A stretch of DNA of 64,000 nt. It comes from Callorhinchus milii (Eukaryota). Location of the stretch: the NCBI RefSeq assembly GCF_018977255.1, contig NW_024704760.1, positions 1,798,001 to 1,862,000 on the forward strand. The letters run 5' to 3'. A model generated the notes under the pieces. It was given only the letters and a program-made list of their open reading frames with translations, did no database searches and was not told where the DNA came from. The position numbers and the translations under genes are program-made. Below, piece after piece: positions 42,932-54,818 of the stretch. The first letter of the stretch is position 1. Each line of letters opens with the position of its first letter.

Positions 42932-43462
42932 GTAAGCTGTCTGAGCTATTGATTCTTATTTTAATGTGTAAAACTTGTATGTGAGAGTATTCAGGACAAT
43001 ATAATGTTTGTGTAAAGCTACTCATATCTGACCACACTTTAAACTATTTTCATTTGACTGATAAATTTTGCGAACAATGTATAAACTCAGCAAGTGTCCA
43101 GCTCCTCAGCACTTCTGTTAGTTGCACTCTCACTTCTGGGTCAGATGGTTACGGCTTCCAGCTCAATATTGGGGCTTTGAGCTCACTGTCTGGGCTAAAC
43201 CCCCAGGATGACACTGTGGGGAGTGCTGCAGTATCGAAATTGCAGTCCTTTGGATGAGAGGTTAAATCACAGTTGGATCTCCTTGTTCAGATGAATGTTA
43301 AAGATCCAATGACGCTATTTGAAAGCAGAAGAAGCTCTTTCTAATTTAAGACAAGTCAGATTACATGAAAAGTTATTTCTCTCTTCTATGGCCACCTGTA
43401 AAGAGTACCGTTGCAGAAATTGGAATCTGTCAGCCTGTGACTGATTGCTTCTTTCCCCACAG

Positions 43463-43783
43463 CGCCCGTGTCTATGCCTGTAATTAGATTTTTATCAGCA
43501 CCCACTGCCTCATGTTCGGAAGGTTATGTCTCCATCTCCTGTGAGACCATCAATGGATCCCTTCCCATTCAGTATGAATGGTACAGAGAGACAGAGAATG
43601 AAGCTTTAGAGATCTCTCACAGCAACAAACTAGACATACAATGCATCTCCACCGCCCAGTGTCACCAGTACTACTGCACAGCCTCAAATAGCAAAGGAAA
43701 ACAATCCAGTGAAAATGTTGAAGTCTCAGTCTTACAACCTGTACAGACAGCCTGCAGTTGCTCCGTACAAATCAACATTCCTG
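43463..43783 (+). CDS. Receptor copy A, Ig C2-like exon
   Basis: VSMPVI...ISCETINGSLPIQYEWY...YYCTASN; 321 bp; phase 1/1. Confidence 0.9.
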
Positions 43784-44554
43784 GTAAGTGCTCCTTTATA
43801 AAGACACTGGAATTGCCTAATATATCTACTGTATATTTATTTACCTATATGAGAACTGACTGAATTTAAAGCAGGGAGCCTCTCCTGGTGTCCTGGCCAC
43901 CAATCCCCAAATATGATTACACTTCATGGCTGCTTGTGAGACATTGCTGTGCACAAAATAGCAGGTGCGTTTCACCCATAAGCTACACAATCAACTGAGA
44001 AATTGTCTACACTGTACATTTTGCACTTGGATTTCACGCGCTGAGATTCCACTTGTTTGTTAACCAACAGTGTTAACCAAATTGCTGTGCGCAATTGGCT
44101 GCCGCCTTTGTCCACAAATATACAGTCAATTCACTTTACAGTGTGTTCTGTGAAGCGCTTTGGGACGTCTTCCAGACGTGAAAAGCGCTATATCAAATGC
44201 AAGGATTATTATTATTATTATTATTTAAATTTGCCACGTTTTATTTTGGTGATTATCCTGCCTAATGCACACCTTCCACAAACTTAAGAGTAATAATATT
44301 GAGCAGCAGCAGCGGGTCAGTGAGCCTGACCTCCAGTTTCACACACATTGTGGCTCAGCCCTGCTCTGTTTGTGAGCACAACATCCCAGACCTTAATCGT
44401 TGAGAGGATCATAGAGCTAAGGCCAATGAGCTAAAGTCAATTTCTAGCCAGACTTGTTCTGGTCTCAGATTTGGGGGGGTAATTTAATTGATTCTCGAGA
44501 GAAAATTCTGAAACTTTGAAATAACAAGATCAACCACAGATGACATTTACACAC

Positions 44555-44790
44555 CACCTTCACATCGGGAGTTCGTCCCAAGGCACTGGACAGTCAGAGA
44601 TTTGGAGCCAAGCAGGAGCCTGGGATCAGGAGGGGTGGAGGGTAGGGGTAGGAGGGTGACTGAAGGTGCGATGGAAGAGGAGATTCTTGAGACATGCCTT
44701 GACGGAGGCAAGGGAGGGAGTGAGGCAAAGGGATTGTGGTATGGAGTTCCAAAGGTTGGGGGCAGAGAGGCTGAAGGCCGGTGGTGGGAC
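44555..44790 (-). mobile_element. L2 LINE 3' fragment in the C2-stalk intron of copy A
   Basis: Homologous to 55110-55350 and 61476-61716; FKA.LK..LFDHAF-like end plus tail. Confidence 0.65.
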
Positions 44791-44967
44791 AGTAAATTAA
44801 CAGTATAAATGGCGAGTGCATTAGTACTAATGTCCCGTGCTGACCAATATGGTCACAATCACAGAGAAAGTGTTGTCTGTTTTTCAAGCCTGAGGTGCAG
44901 TTTGGTATCAAAGCTTTCTCCTGAGCAGCTATTGAGTAAATCTGAATTGTGTTCTTTCCCTTGAAAG

Positions 44968-45091
44968 GACATAAATATTCCTGTCCCGAGATCACAACCA
45001 AGCCAACATCAACTGCACATGTTCCAGCTGCAAGCATCTCCTCCACTGTCACACAAGCCACCTTCACGGCAACTGAAGGTGAACAGTACAG
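44968..45091 (+). CDS. Receptor copy A, Thr/Ser-rich stalk exon
   Basis: aag| and |gtagga; HKYSCPEITTKPTSTAH...TEGEQY; phase 1/2. Confidence 0.8.
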
Positions 45092-45713
45092 GTAGGAATG
45101 GAACTATCACCACATGTGTCTGGCCCTGGCATGTCAGCGAGTCTTGAAGGGGCAAACCGATCACTGAGAGCATGGATTCTTCTCACTCATCTACTTTTAA
45201 CCCTGTAAACTAATGAATAGCGTGGTCCTAAACCAACCATCTGATGGATAGGGTGATCCTAACTGGAGAAACAGTGGGAAAACTGCCTTTCAGTACTTTC
45301 AGTGGTAAATTATGCACTTTTAGCTGATTAAACTCCAATATTTACCACAAACCTCGTCTCTCGCCAACTGGCAGCTAATAATCTCTGGAATTGGATAAAC
45401 AGGGTGCGTCATTCCAGAGACAGAGAGAGAGAGAGAGAGTGCACATTCCATTACTCCCATAGGGACATTTCCATGTGTAGGTGGCATTCTCTCAGCCTGG
45501 TTTGGATACCCTTAAACACGGTGCTGGGTTTCCGCATGTGTCAGACACGTGGCTGCCCCCCCAAAAAACACAAAAGATTCTCACCAGCCATTCTGACATT
45601 AAGGTTTGAAAGTTGCAAAACGAGCCCTCCTCATTGTGTTATATTTCACAAACTTGGCAAAGAGTTGGGCGCTTCTCGAAAAGCGTTCCCACTTCCTGTT
45701 CTCTGCTCCGCAG

Positions 45714-45811
45714 GTTACTGTACATTGTGCTGGGAGTGCTGGGGCTGCTGCTGATTGCAGGCATTCTGTCTGTACTTTTGCTCAGGAAGCAAAAGCAAAA
45801 GAAAAAGCACG
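45714..45811 (+). CDS. Receptor copy A, transmembrane exon
   Basis: LLYIVLGVLGLLLIAGILSVLLL followed by RKQKQKKKH; no charged TM residue. Confidence 0.9.
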
Positions 45812-46068
45812 GTAGGTGTCTGGCTCATTAACATTTAATTATTTATATTGACATTTATATTAATTATGTCATTGTTGTCAAGTGGCTGCCCAAAACATAT
45901 ACAGTTAATTCACTTTACAGTATATTCTGTGAAGCGCTTTGAGACGTCTCGAAGACGTGATAAGGCGCTTTATCAAATGCAAGGATTATTATTATTATTA
46001 TTATTAGGAAGTGGATGATTCTTGCCAACATTTCTCCTCTGTTTAAGATCTCCGCCTTCCTGTTTCAG

Positions 46069-46112
46069 GTAAAAGAACGGTTGGCTCACGTGGAGCAGGG
46101 AATGGTGATGAG
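46069..46112 (+). CDS. Receptor copy A, short cytoplasmic exon
   Basis: ttcag| and |gtaaga; 44 bp; phase 1/0. Confidence 0.8.
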
Positions 46113-46423
46113 GTAAGACGTTTAATATACGCTTTATGACGCCAAGAAAAGTTAAAACTGATGTCCTGGGGTCTGTCTACAAGTGGATGTTAAAGAACCA
46201 CTATTCAAAAAGAGACAGGAGTTTCTCCCCATGTTTTGGCCAACAATCCGCCAGCTTAACTGGTCATTCACGTCCCGGCTGTTTGTGGGACATTGTGTGC
46301 GCAGATTGTGAAGCGAGCGATTTGAGACAGTGACATTATAGACGCGATTTCAATCGCAAAATTATTACTCAGTTCTATGCAAGCGTGACTGAGCATTGCA
46401 TTGACTGGTGAAATTAATTTCAG

Positions 46424-46705
46424 CTTGAAAGCAATATTACATACGCAACTGTGCAGAAGAGGCAAGCTCGTTCTGTGGCTGGGAGCAGCGAGGGAGCCAC
46501 ATTTACTGGAGATGCCGACATCAATTACGCAGAAGTGCAGTTAGTTCAGAGATCGGCAGAGAGTGGAACACCAGCCACGCTCTCACCTGACACTGGCAAC
46601 ACCACCATTTACAGCAATATCATGGTTCAAAATCCACCGTCGCAGGACAGAAAGGAAAATTGGAATCGGTTGGAATCAACAGAATATGCTACAGTTGCAC
46701 ATTAG
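46424..46705 (+). CDS. Receptor copy A, terminal cytoplasmic exon with ITIM/ITSM motifs
   Basis: ITYATV, INYAEV, TIYSNI, TEYATV, then TAG; AATAAA at 47128; whole CDS 1236 nt = 411 aa. Confidence 0.9.
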   Translation, partial: LESNITYATVQKRQARSVAGSSEGATFTGDADINYAEVQLVQRSAESGTPATLSPDTGNTTIYSNIMVQNPPSQDRKENWNRLESTEYATVAH

Positions 46706-47693
46706 CAGCAAGAATAGTGATGGGTATGTGTGTGTGGTGGGGGAGAGGGAATGCAACCCATGATGTGCTATTGATCACAAGTCGCAATTTTCGCTATATT
46801 GATGCATCGCGATGTGGGGCAGGAGTAGCTCACAATGCCTTTATTCCCATTAGCCGTTTTTGGCTCCAGTAAAATGCGCAGGGCTTTATGCGGCAATCCT
46901 TTTATGTTATTTTTGTCGGACGTTCAGAGATGCTGCACTATTTGTGTCCAAACTGTCCACAAAAAAAAACATCACCCTGATGGGATTTCCTCTGTCTGGC
47001 TGAGCAGGTAGACACATGCTGCGGGATTTCCTCTGGCTCCAATTAAACAACTCAGGGGATCCCATGTGTGTGACCGGCATTGCCTAATGTAACGCTGCGC
47101 TGAATGTTTACGCCTTTCGCTGAGTTGAATAAAAGTCTCAACTTCTTGACTTTCAGTGTTCATTTGCCTCAATAGTTGGGGAAGTGGAGCTGTGGGCGGA
47201 GCCACCACAACAAGCTGTCCCTGATATTAACACACACACCGTTCACATGGGAAATCTTAGTGTCACATGTACCGTTGTGCTAGTTCTGAGGATTTAGTTG
47301 ATACACATATGAGCAATGGATGACAAGAAAGAAAGTCAGTCACATACAGGTGCCTCCCTGCACCTAATACTTTCTGGGATTTCCACATGCAGGTGGGATA
47401 CATGATCTCTGTCTAGTTCGAATGCCGTGAAGCACGATGATGGATTTGTGCGTGTGTCAGACACCCGGCTGATTATGGTGATGGGTTTCCGCATGTGTCA
47501 GACATGGGTTGGACACCTGGCTGACACCTGAAAATAAATTGTAGCCGAATATAACCAGCTTGGTTTCATTTTCTGAAATATACAGGAAGAGATCATCTAG
47601 ATCACATGAATGCTCAATAGTCTACTGTGAGCTACTGCCAGTTCCTGAGCTTAACTCTGAAATTGATATCTGAAGACAAGGACAGAGCTAATC

Positions 47694-47817
47694 ATGTTCC
47701 TGCCATTTTCGGTGCCTCCAATTCTCATTCCGTTGGCCTCTGCAAACCAAGTTGATCTACTCTTCACCCCAAAGAAAACATTGGCCATTGTGATTCTTCT
47801 CTATTCTTCTCTCTCAG
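47694..47817 (+). CDS. Receptor copy B, leader-like exon
   Basis: Open frame from ATG ending LAIVILLYSSLS with |gtgagt; 3' end resembles the copy A leader; start codon uncertain. Confidence 0.55.
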
Positions 47818-48739
47818 GTGAGTGACAACCTGAACTGGGTTTTACCACTACTACAGAACCATAGAAACTTACAGCACAGAAGGTATCCATTTGGCTCATT
47901 GTATCTGTGCCGGTTCTTTCAAAGAGCAAACCTTTCAGTCCCAATTAGCTGCCTTTGCCCCCAACCCCCACCCCGTTCCCCATTCTCTGTAGTTTTTGCT
48001 GTGTGTGATTAGCTGCCACTGTTCACCAACAAAATGTTCAGTCAATTCATTTTACAGAATATTCCGTGAAGTGTTTTGAGATGTTTGCCAGGATTATTAT
48101 TATTATTACTCCGGCAGTTTAAACAATTACCGGAACGTCATTTTATTTCTGCTTTTAAAATTGAACTTTTCTTTTGCAGCAAAAATGTGATGTAAAGTGT
48201 TCAGGTTACATTTTCATAAACTTAAAAATGGGTAATAAAAATAGTAATGGTGAAATAATAGTAATAATATTGCTTTCTTTCATTAATAATACAGTAACAG
48301 TATGATAATGCTTTCTTTTTTACTGCAAAATGTGGTGTAGAGTTTTAAGGTTAGGTTTTCACAGACAATACTAACAGTATAAGAGACAATAAATTTTGGG
48401 TCTCGTTTAAAAGATCAATTAAAATACTATCTGTAGAAAAGAGGCTAATTGTAGAAAAAGAGAATTGAAAGTTTCTAAATTTGTTCCTGTGAAATAGGAA
48501 GTGAAACATTCTGTCACAAAAAACTCAAGGAAAATTAGAATTTGTGACAACTAGATTTTAAACTTCACAAAATAATGATTCTGTTTTTACAAAGGAAAAC
48601 GAGTTATAAGATCAATTCATCTTACTGCTTGGGAAACAGTTAACTGTGAATTATTTTGTCGATGACAAGGTTACACGACTCAACAATAACTTGCATTAAA
48701 AGGGAAGTGGCACCTTCCTGTCTCTGGTCTGCTCACGCC

Positions 48740-49010
48740 TCACTGCACTAACCCCCGCCTTCGCTTAGCTGGCTCTGGTCTTTTGCACGTCGCGGCCATG
48801 CTTTCAGTTACTATGCCCCGAATCTCTTGAACTCCCTGCATCAATCCTTCCATCTCTCCTCCTCTTTGCCCATCTTCACCTGAAGACTTTCCTCTTGGCC
48901 TTTGCCTTTGCCTGCTGTCAACCCCTGCCCCCACCCCCTCTCTTCGCAGCTGAGACGATACCCACCTGAAGGATGCTGTATATATGCAAGTTGTTGTTAC
49001 TGTTGTTGTT
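48740..49010 (+). mobile_element. L2 LINE 3' fragment with (GTT)n tail
   Basis: HLKTFLL-like end and gctgtatatatgcaagttgttgtt tail. Confidence 0.55.
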
Positions 49011-49894
49011 TGTTATATAGCACTTTTCACGTAGGATAGCGTCTCAGAGCACTGCAAACTAACAGGTACTAGATGTCAAACTATATCCAATGGAAACAGT
49101 CGTTACATAGAATTATTACGTTTGGCAAACAAAATACACAGTCACTCCACTTTACAATAACGTGATAAGACGCTATATCAAATGCAAGGATTATTATTAT
49201 TTTCATTGCAGTGAATATTGCATGGAAATGGGCCATTCAGCCCAACAAGCCTGTTTATATTCAAAATGAGCCGCAATCCTCCTTATCACCTCTCTCAGAT
49301 ATAGGTTTGTTACAGTGAAAAAGGAAGTGAAACATTTGTGTAAATGTTTGACTCTTCATCTCCAACGTACTCCTCCCTCTCTCTTTCTCTGGCCCTCATT
49401 GATAGCTTTTTGGTCATGTCCCCCCCCCCCCATTTTAATGTTTGGCTACCATTGCCTTGGCACCACTAACTCTCTGAGCCATTGTGAGGAAGAACCAGGG
49501 TCCTCAAATCAACAGCGTCCCGACCTGGCACCACTGAGCTGGAAATCACAGAGAAAATTAAATGTGGTGACTCAGTGTATTCAGGCATTTGTTCGGGAAC
49601 GGAGATTAAATCAAACACCAGTGGCTTTTTGTTTTTGTAACACAGCAACAACAACAACAACAACAACAAGATTACATTTGTATAGAGCCTTTCACGTCAG
49701 GAGGACGTCCCAAGGCGCTGGATAGAATTATTACGTTTGGCCAACAAAATACATAGTTACTCCACTTTACAATATATTCTGTGAAGCACCTTGAGATGTC
49801 TCAATGACATGATAAGGCGCTATATCAAATGCAAGGATTATTGTTAGAATAATAGTTACCAGTGAAACTGAAATGTGTTGCTTTGTCTTAATAG

Positions 49895-50225
49895 GAAACT
49901 GCTATCTTTACGAACAGCTTTCAACTCCATTATCCAGCCTCACACCAATCAATCCCCCCCAAAACAACTCCACAGCAACCAGTCTGCCAACATCCAGCCC
50001 CTCAACCATAAGCCCCGAAACCTCAAGCCCCCAAACTTCAAGCCCCCAAACCTCAAGCCCCCAAACCTCAAGCCCCCAAACTTCAAGCCCCCAAACCTCA
50101 AGCCCGCAAACCACAAGCCCCCCAATATCCAGCCCCACCACTGGACATCCCACAACTATAAGACAACAGACCATTGCTTACTCAACAAGGCCACAAGACA
50201 AAGAATCCAAATGTGAAAGCAGCAG
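49895..50225 (+). CDS. Receptor copy B, mucin-like stalk exon with TSSPQ repeats
   Basis: atag| and |gtatga; Ser/Thr/Pro-rich; phase 1/2 as in the copy A stalk. Confidence 0.8.
50018..50125 (+). repeat. 15-bp coding tandem repeat (ACCTCAAGCCCCCAA), about 7 units
   Basis: Directly visible; encodes TSSPQ-like units. Confidence 0.9.
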
Positions 50226-50593
50226 GTATGAAACTTACTTTCTTAGAATTGGGTAGGTCAAAGAACTCGTACCACAGATAAAATGTTCTTTAATAGCTGT
50301 GGGGGCGGGAGGAGGCAATGACAATTTCATCAGTCATTTGAAATAGAATGAATTGGACCGGAAATGTCAGCTGAGAGCTTCTGAGTAATGGTGGCGGTAC
50401 ATCAAAAGCAAGGATTGTAATCAGCACGTGTGAAAGCTTTTTATCGGGTTCTGCGTCTTGTTGCAGAGTTATAAATAGTATTTTTCTACAAACATTTCCT
50501 TCCAATCGTTCTAACCTTCTACAAATGGAGTAAAGAGTTGAGCCTTTTGACACAGTGTACTTACTGACTACTTCCTGTTTCTTTGCTCTGCAG

Positions 50594-50670
50594 TTCTCCA
50601 TACATTGCACTGGGAGTTCTGGGACCACTGCTAATGCTCTGTGTTCTGTCTGTTCTTTTGAAAAAGCATG
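50594..50670 (+). CDS. Receptor copy B, transmembrane exon
   Basis: SPYIALGVLGPLLMLCVLSVLLKKH; ctgcag| and |gtaggt; homologous to the copy A TM. Confidence 0.8.
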
Positions 50671-51166
50671 GTAGGTTTTTAAATCTCTCAACGTTTTGCC
50701 TGCGTTTTGCTCACGAAATACACAGTCAATTCACTTTAGAGTATATAGTGTGAAGCACTTTGAGACGTCTTGACGACGTGATAAGGCGCTATATCAAATG
50801 CAAGAATTATTATTATTATTATTAGTGTTTACTTACCAACAGAATATCTTTGCCCCTAAACTGGAGTTGTGATAGAGCTCAGACATTGGGCAGAGTGGGA
50901 GCAGGCCGGGAGGCTTCATATATTGTAAAAAGGAATGCATATACAGGATGTGGGGAAAAGACAGGGCTAAATGGATTGCTCTCCCATGGGTGATTATATG
51001 ATTGATACAAATCAAACATGTGCATTTTTTAATGTTGTGTCACTCCTCTATTCACACAACGTGTGATTAGAAAAAAAATGCTCTTTTCACCAATAACATT
51101 ATAACAACAAAAACAACTTGCGTTTATACAGCGCCCTTCACGTGGGGTAAACTTATTGTTTTTCAG

Positions 51167-51219
51167 GTAAAATGCAGCTCGGATTGGGCACAGCACACAA
51201 GGCTCTTCGTGACAGTCAA
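51167..51219 (+). CDS. Receptor copy B, short cytoplasmic exon
   Basis: tttcag| and |gtaaga; phase 1/0. Confidence 0.7.
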
Positions 51220-51337
51220 GTAAGAGCCTGATAGTAGGGTTTTACTGTTAAATTCATTGTCTGCTTGTTTGTCGGTGTGTCAGTGATGATCACGAGACCT
51301 CCTGTAAGGCCTCGTTAACGGCTGTACTTTATTTCAG

Positions 51338-51634
51338 TGTTTAAGGGAGTCTGAATTCAATGTCACATACGATGATGTGGAGAAGAGACAGGCCCACTCG
51401 GTGGTCAGGGACAGTGAGGGAGCCTCGCCTTTATTTGGTGGAGATGACAACATCACATACGCAGAAGTACAGTTTGGCCGGGAAACGTTGTTGGAGAGTG
51501 GAGACGAATGTCCAGTTGGCTCGGACACCAACACAACATACGCCACCATCAAGTTTTTCCAGCCTCCAAAGACATTTGATCAGTCGAAATCAGTGACGGA
51601 CACTGTCGAAAATAATGATAATCCTTGCATTTGA
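51338..51634 (+). CDS. Receptor copy B, terminal cytoplasmic exon
   Basis: VTYDDV, ITYAEV, TTYATI motifs; paralogous to the copy A tail; TGA lies inside an antisense SINE tail. Confidence 0.82.
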   Translation, partial: CLRESEFNVTYDDVEKRQAHSVVRDSEGASPLFGGDDNITYAEVQFGRETLLESGDECPVGSDTNTTYATIKFFQPPKTFDQSKSVTDTVENNDNPCI

Positions 51635-51975
51635 TACAGCGCCTCATCATGTCGTTGAGATATCCCAAAGCACTTCACAGGATATACTGTAAAATGAATT
51701 GACTGCGTATTCTGTGGGCAAAACTCGGCAGCCAATGCACACAGCAGTGTCCCACAAACAGTCGTGGATTGAGTGACAAAATGATTATTATAGTTTTTGG
51801 AGGGGTTCCTTACTCCCGAAAAGCGATTTGCCAATTAACTGGGTTCCTACCAACTGCTAGGTAAACAGCGTGTGGAGTAAGGAAACTTGCCCTAGGTTTC
51901 GTCCCACCTGGGAATCAAAACTGGGTCCTCTTCCTTGCGAGGCAAGTGCTCTAACCACTACGCTCCAGAACTCCA
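51611..51975 (-). mobile_element. SINE family B, full length, overlapping the copy B stop codon
   Basis: Tail starts at 51611 (aataatgataatccttgcatttga); tRNA-like head ends near 51975. Confidence 0.85.
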
Positions 51976-52366
51976 AATTCCCTTTAACTTAATGCTTGCT
52001 TATCTCTGAGCTCTTTCAGCCTTGTAATCACATGTCACATTAAGGTGTCAGCCTGGCTCAGTGGGGAGCAATCTCACCTTTTCTTGATGCTTTGCTGGAC
52101 ACTTGTCACATTTCCTTTCTCTAGGCCCCAGGTAATACTGCTTGATTTTTTAGCCAAGTCTGTTCAGAATGTGCATAGTCAGAGTGTTATGTAATACAGT
52201 ACTTAACAGTCAACAGTTTGCAAAATTACAGTCGATAATGTGTAAAGATGGTGAATTATATATGTCCTTAAATAAATATAACCATTTGTTCACATTGGGA
52301 ATGTGACCTGTGTTCCATTGGAACTCTCGGGGGTATTAGTTACGACAAATGTAGAAGTTCATAACC

Positions 52367-52465
52367 GTGATCAGCCGGGTTTCTGACACACAGAAACCCA
52401 TCACCGTGATCAGCCGGGTTTCTAACACACAGAAAACCATCACAGTAAGCAGCCGGGTGTATGAT
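52367..52465. repeat. 39-bp tandem repeat, about 2.5 units
   Basis: ccgtgatcagccgggtttct(g/a)acacacagaaa(c/a)ccatca repeated. Confidence 0.8.
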
Positions 52466-53142
52466 ACAAGCATGACCCCATCTCGATGCTTCATATATGC
52501 CATCTGGACATGGATATTCCTGTTAAATCCTGATAATCTATTTCCAGAGAGGCACCTGTATGTGATTGGCTTTCTTTCTTGTCATCGATTGAACACGTTT
52601 GTATTTTTGTGACAACTATGTCCTCAGAACTAACGCAATGGGACACATGACACTAAGATGTGAACGGTGTGTGTGTTAATATCAGGGACAGCTTGTTGTG
52701 GTGGCTCCGCCCACAGCTCCACTTCCCCAACTATTGAGGCAAATGAACACTGAAAGTCAAGAAGTTGAGACTTTTATTTAACTCAGCGAAAGGCGTAAAC
52801 ATTCAGCGCAGCGTTACATTAGGCAATGCCGGTCACACACATGGGATCCCCTGAGTTGTTTAATTGGAGCCAGAGGAAATCCCGCAGCATGTGTCTACCT
52901 GCTCAGCCAGACAGAGGAAATCCCATCAGGGTGATGTTTTTTTTTGTGGACAGTTTGGACACAAATAGTGCAGCATCTCTGGACGTCCGACAAAAATAAC
53001 ATAAAAGGATTGCCGCATAAAGCCCTGCGCATTTTACTGGAGCCAAAAACGGCTAATGGGAATAAAGGCATTGTGAGCTACTCCTGCCCCACATCGCGAT
53101 GCATCAATATAGCGAAAATTGCGACTTGTGATCAATAGCACA

Positions 53143-53481
53143 TCATGGGTTGCATTCCCTCTCCCCCACCACACACACATACCCATCACTATTCTTGCTG
53201 CTAATGTGCAACTGTAGCATATTCTGTTGATTCCAACCGATTCCAATTTTCCTTTCTGTCCTGCGACGGTGGATTTTGAACCATGATATTGCTGTAAATG
53301 GTGTGTTGCCAGTGTCAGGTGAGAGCGTGGCTGGTGTTCCACTCTCTGCCGATCTCTGAACTAACTGCACTTCTGCGTAATTGATGTCGGCATCTCCAGT
53401 AAATGTGGCTCCCTCGCTGCTCCCAGCCACAGAACGAGCTTGCCTCTTCTGCACAGTTGCGTATGTAATATTGCTTTCAAG
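53143..53481 (-). CDS. Receptor copy C, terminal cytoplasmic exon (1-nt deletion, frameshifted tail)
   Basis: Near-identical to the copy A exon; ggcaacacaccatt versus ggcaacaccaccatt in A; new stop at 53143, homologous stop at 53201-53203 is out of frame. Confidence 0.8.
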   Translation of the reverse strand, partial: LESNITYATVQKRQARSVAGSSEGATFTGDADINYAEVQLVQRSAESGTPATLSPDTGNTPFTAISWFKIHRRRTERKIGIGWNQQNMLQLHISSKNSDGYVCVVGERECNP

Positions 53482-53792
53482 CTGAAATTAATTTCACCAG
53501 TCAATGCAATGCTCAGTCACGCTTGCATAGAACTGAGTAATAATTTTGCGATTGAAATCGCGTCTATAATGTCACTGTCTCAAATCGCTCGCTTCACAAT
53601 CTGCGCACACAATGTCCCACAAACAGCCGGGACGTGAATGACCAGTTAAGCTGGCGGATTGTTGGCCAAAACATGGGGAGAAACTCCTGTCTCTTTTTGA
53701 ATAGTGGTTCTTTAACATCCACTTGTAGACAGACCCCAGGACATCAGTTTTAACTTTTCTTGGCGTCATAAAGCGTATATTAAACGTCTTAC

Positions 53793-53836
53793 CTCATCAC
53801 CATTCCCTGCTCCACGTGAGCCAACCGTTCTTTTAC
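53793..53836 (-). CDS. Receptor copy C, short cytoplasmic exon
   Basis: Identical to copy A 46069-46112. Confidence 0.8.
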
Positions 53837-54093
53837 CTGAAACAGGAAGGCGGAGATCTTAAACAGAGGAGAAATGTTGGCAAGAATCATCCACTTCCTA
53901 ATAATAATAATAATAATAATCCTTGCATTTGATAAAGCGCCTTATCACGTCTTCGAGACGTCTCAAAGCGCTTCACAGAATATACTGTAAAGTGAATTAA
54001 CTGTATATGTTTTGGGCAGCCACTTGACAACAATGACATAATTAATATAAATGTCAATATAAATAATTAAATGTTAATGAGCCAGACACCTAC

Positions 54094-54191
54094 CGTGCTT
54101 TTTCTTTTGCTTTTGCTTCCTGAGCAAAAGTACAGACAGAATGCCTGCAATCAGCAGCAGCCCCAGCACTCCCAGCACAATGTACAGTAAC
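54094..54191 (-). CDS. Receptor copy C, transmembrane exon
   Basis: Identical to copy A 45714-45811. Confidence 0.88.
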
Positions 54192-54818
54192 CTGCGGAGC
54201 AGAGAACAGGAAGTGGGAACGCTTTTCGAGAAGCGCCCAACTCTTTGCCAAGTTTGTGAAATATAACACAATGAGGAGGGCTCGTTTTGCAACTTTCAAA
54301 CCTTAATGTCAGAATGGCTGGTGAGAATCTTTTGTGTTTTTTGGGGGGGCAGCCACGTGTCTGACACATGCGGAAACCCAGCACCGTGTTTAAGGGTATC
54401 CAAACCAGGCTGAGAGAATGCCACCTACACATGGAAATGTCCCTGTGGGAGCAATGGAACGTGCACTCTCTCTGTCTGTCTCTGGTGTGACCCACCCTGT
54501 TTATCCAGTTCCAGAGATTATTAGCTGCCGGTTGGCGAGAGACGAGGTCTGTGGACCCCAATGGGATAAGTGTTGGAGTTTAATCAGCTAAAAGTGCATA
54601 ATTTACCATTGAAAGATTGAAAAGTAGTTTTCCCACTGTTTCTCCAGTTAGGATCACCCTATCCATCAGATGGTTGGTTTAGCACCACCATATTCATTAG
54701 TTTACAGGGTTAAAAGTAGAGGAATGAGACGAATCCATATTCTCAGTGATCGGTTTGCCCCTTCCAGACCCGCTGACATGTCGGGGTTTGACACATGAGG
54801 TGATAATTCCATTCCTAC

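Noticed and set aside
48110-48720. AT-rich block with a short internal duplication in the copy B intron
   Set aside because: No ORF, terminal inverted repeats or other supportable structure seen
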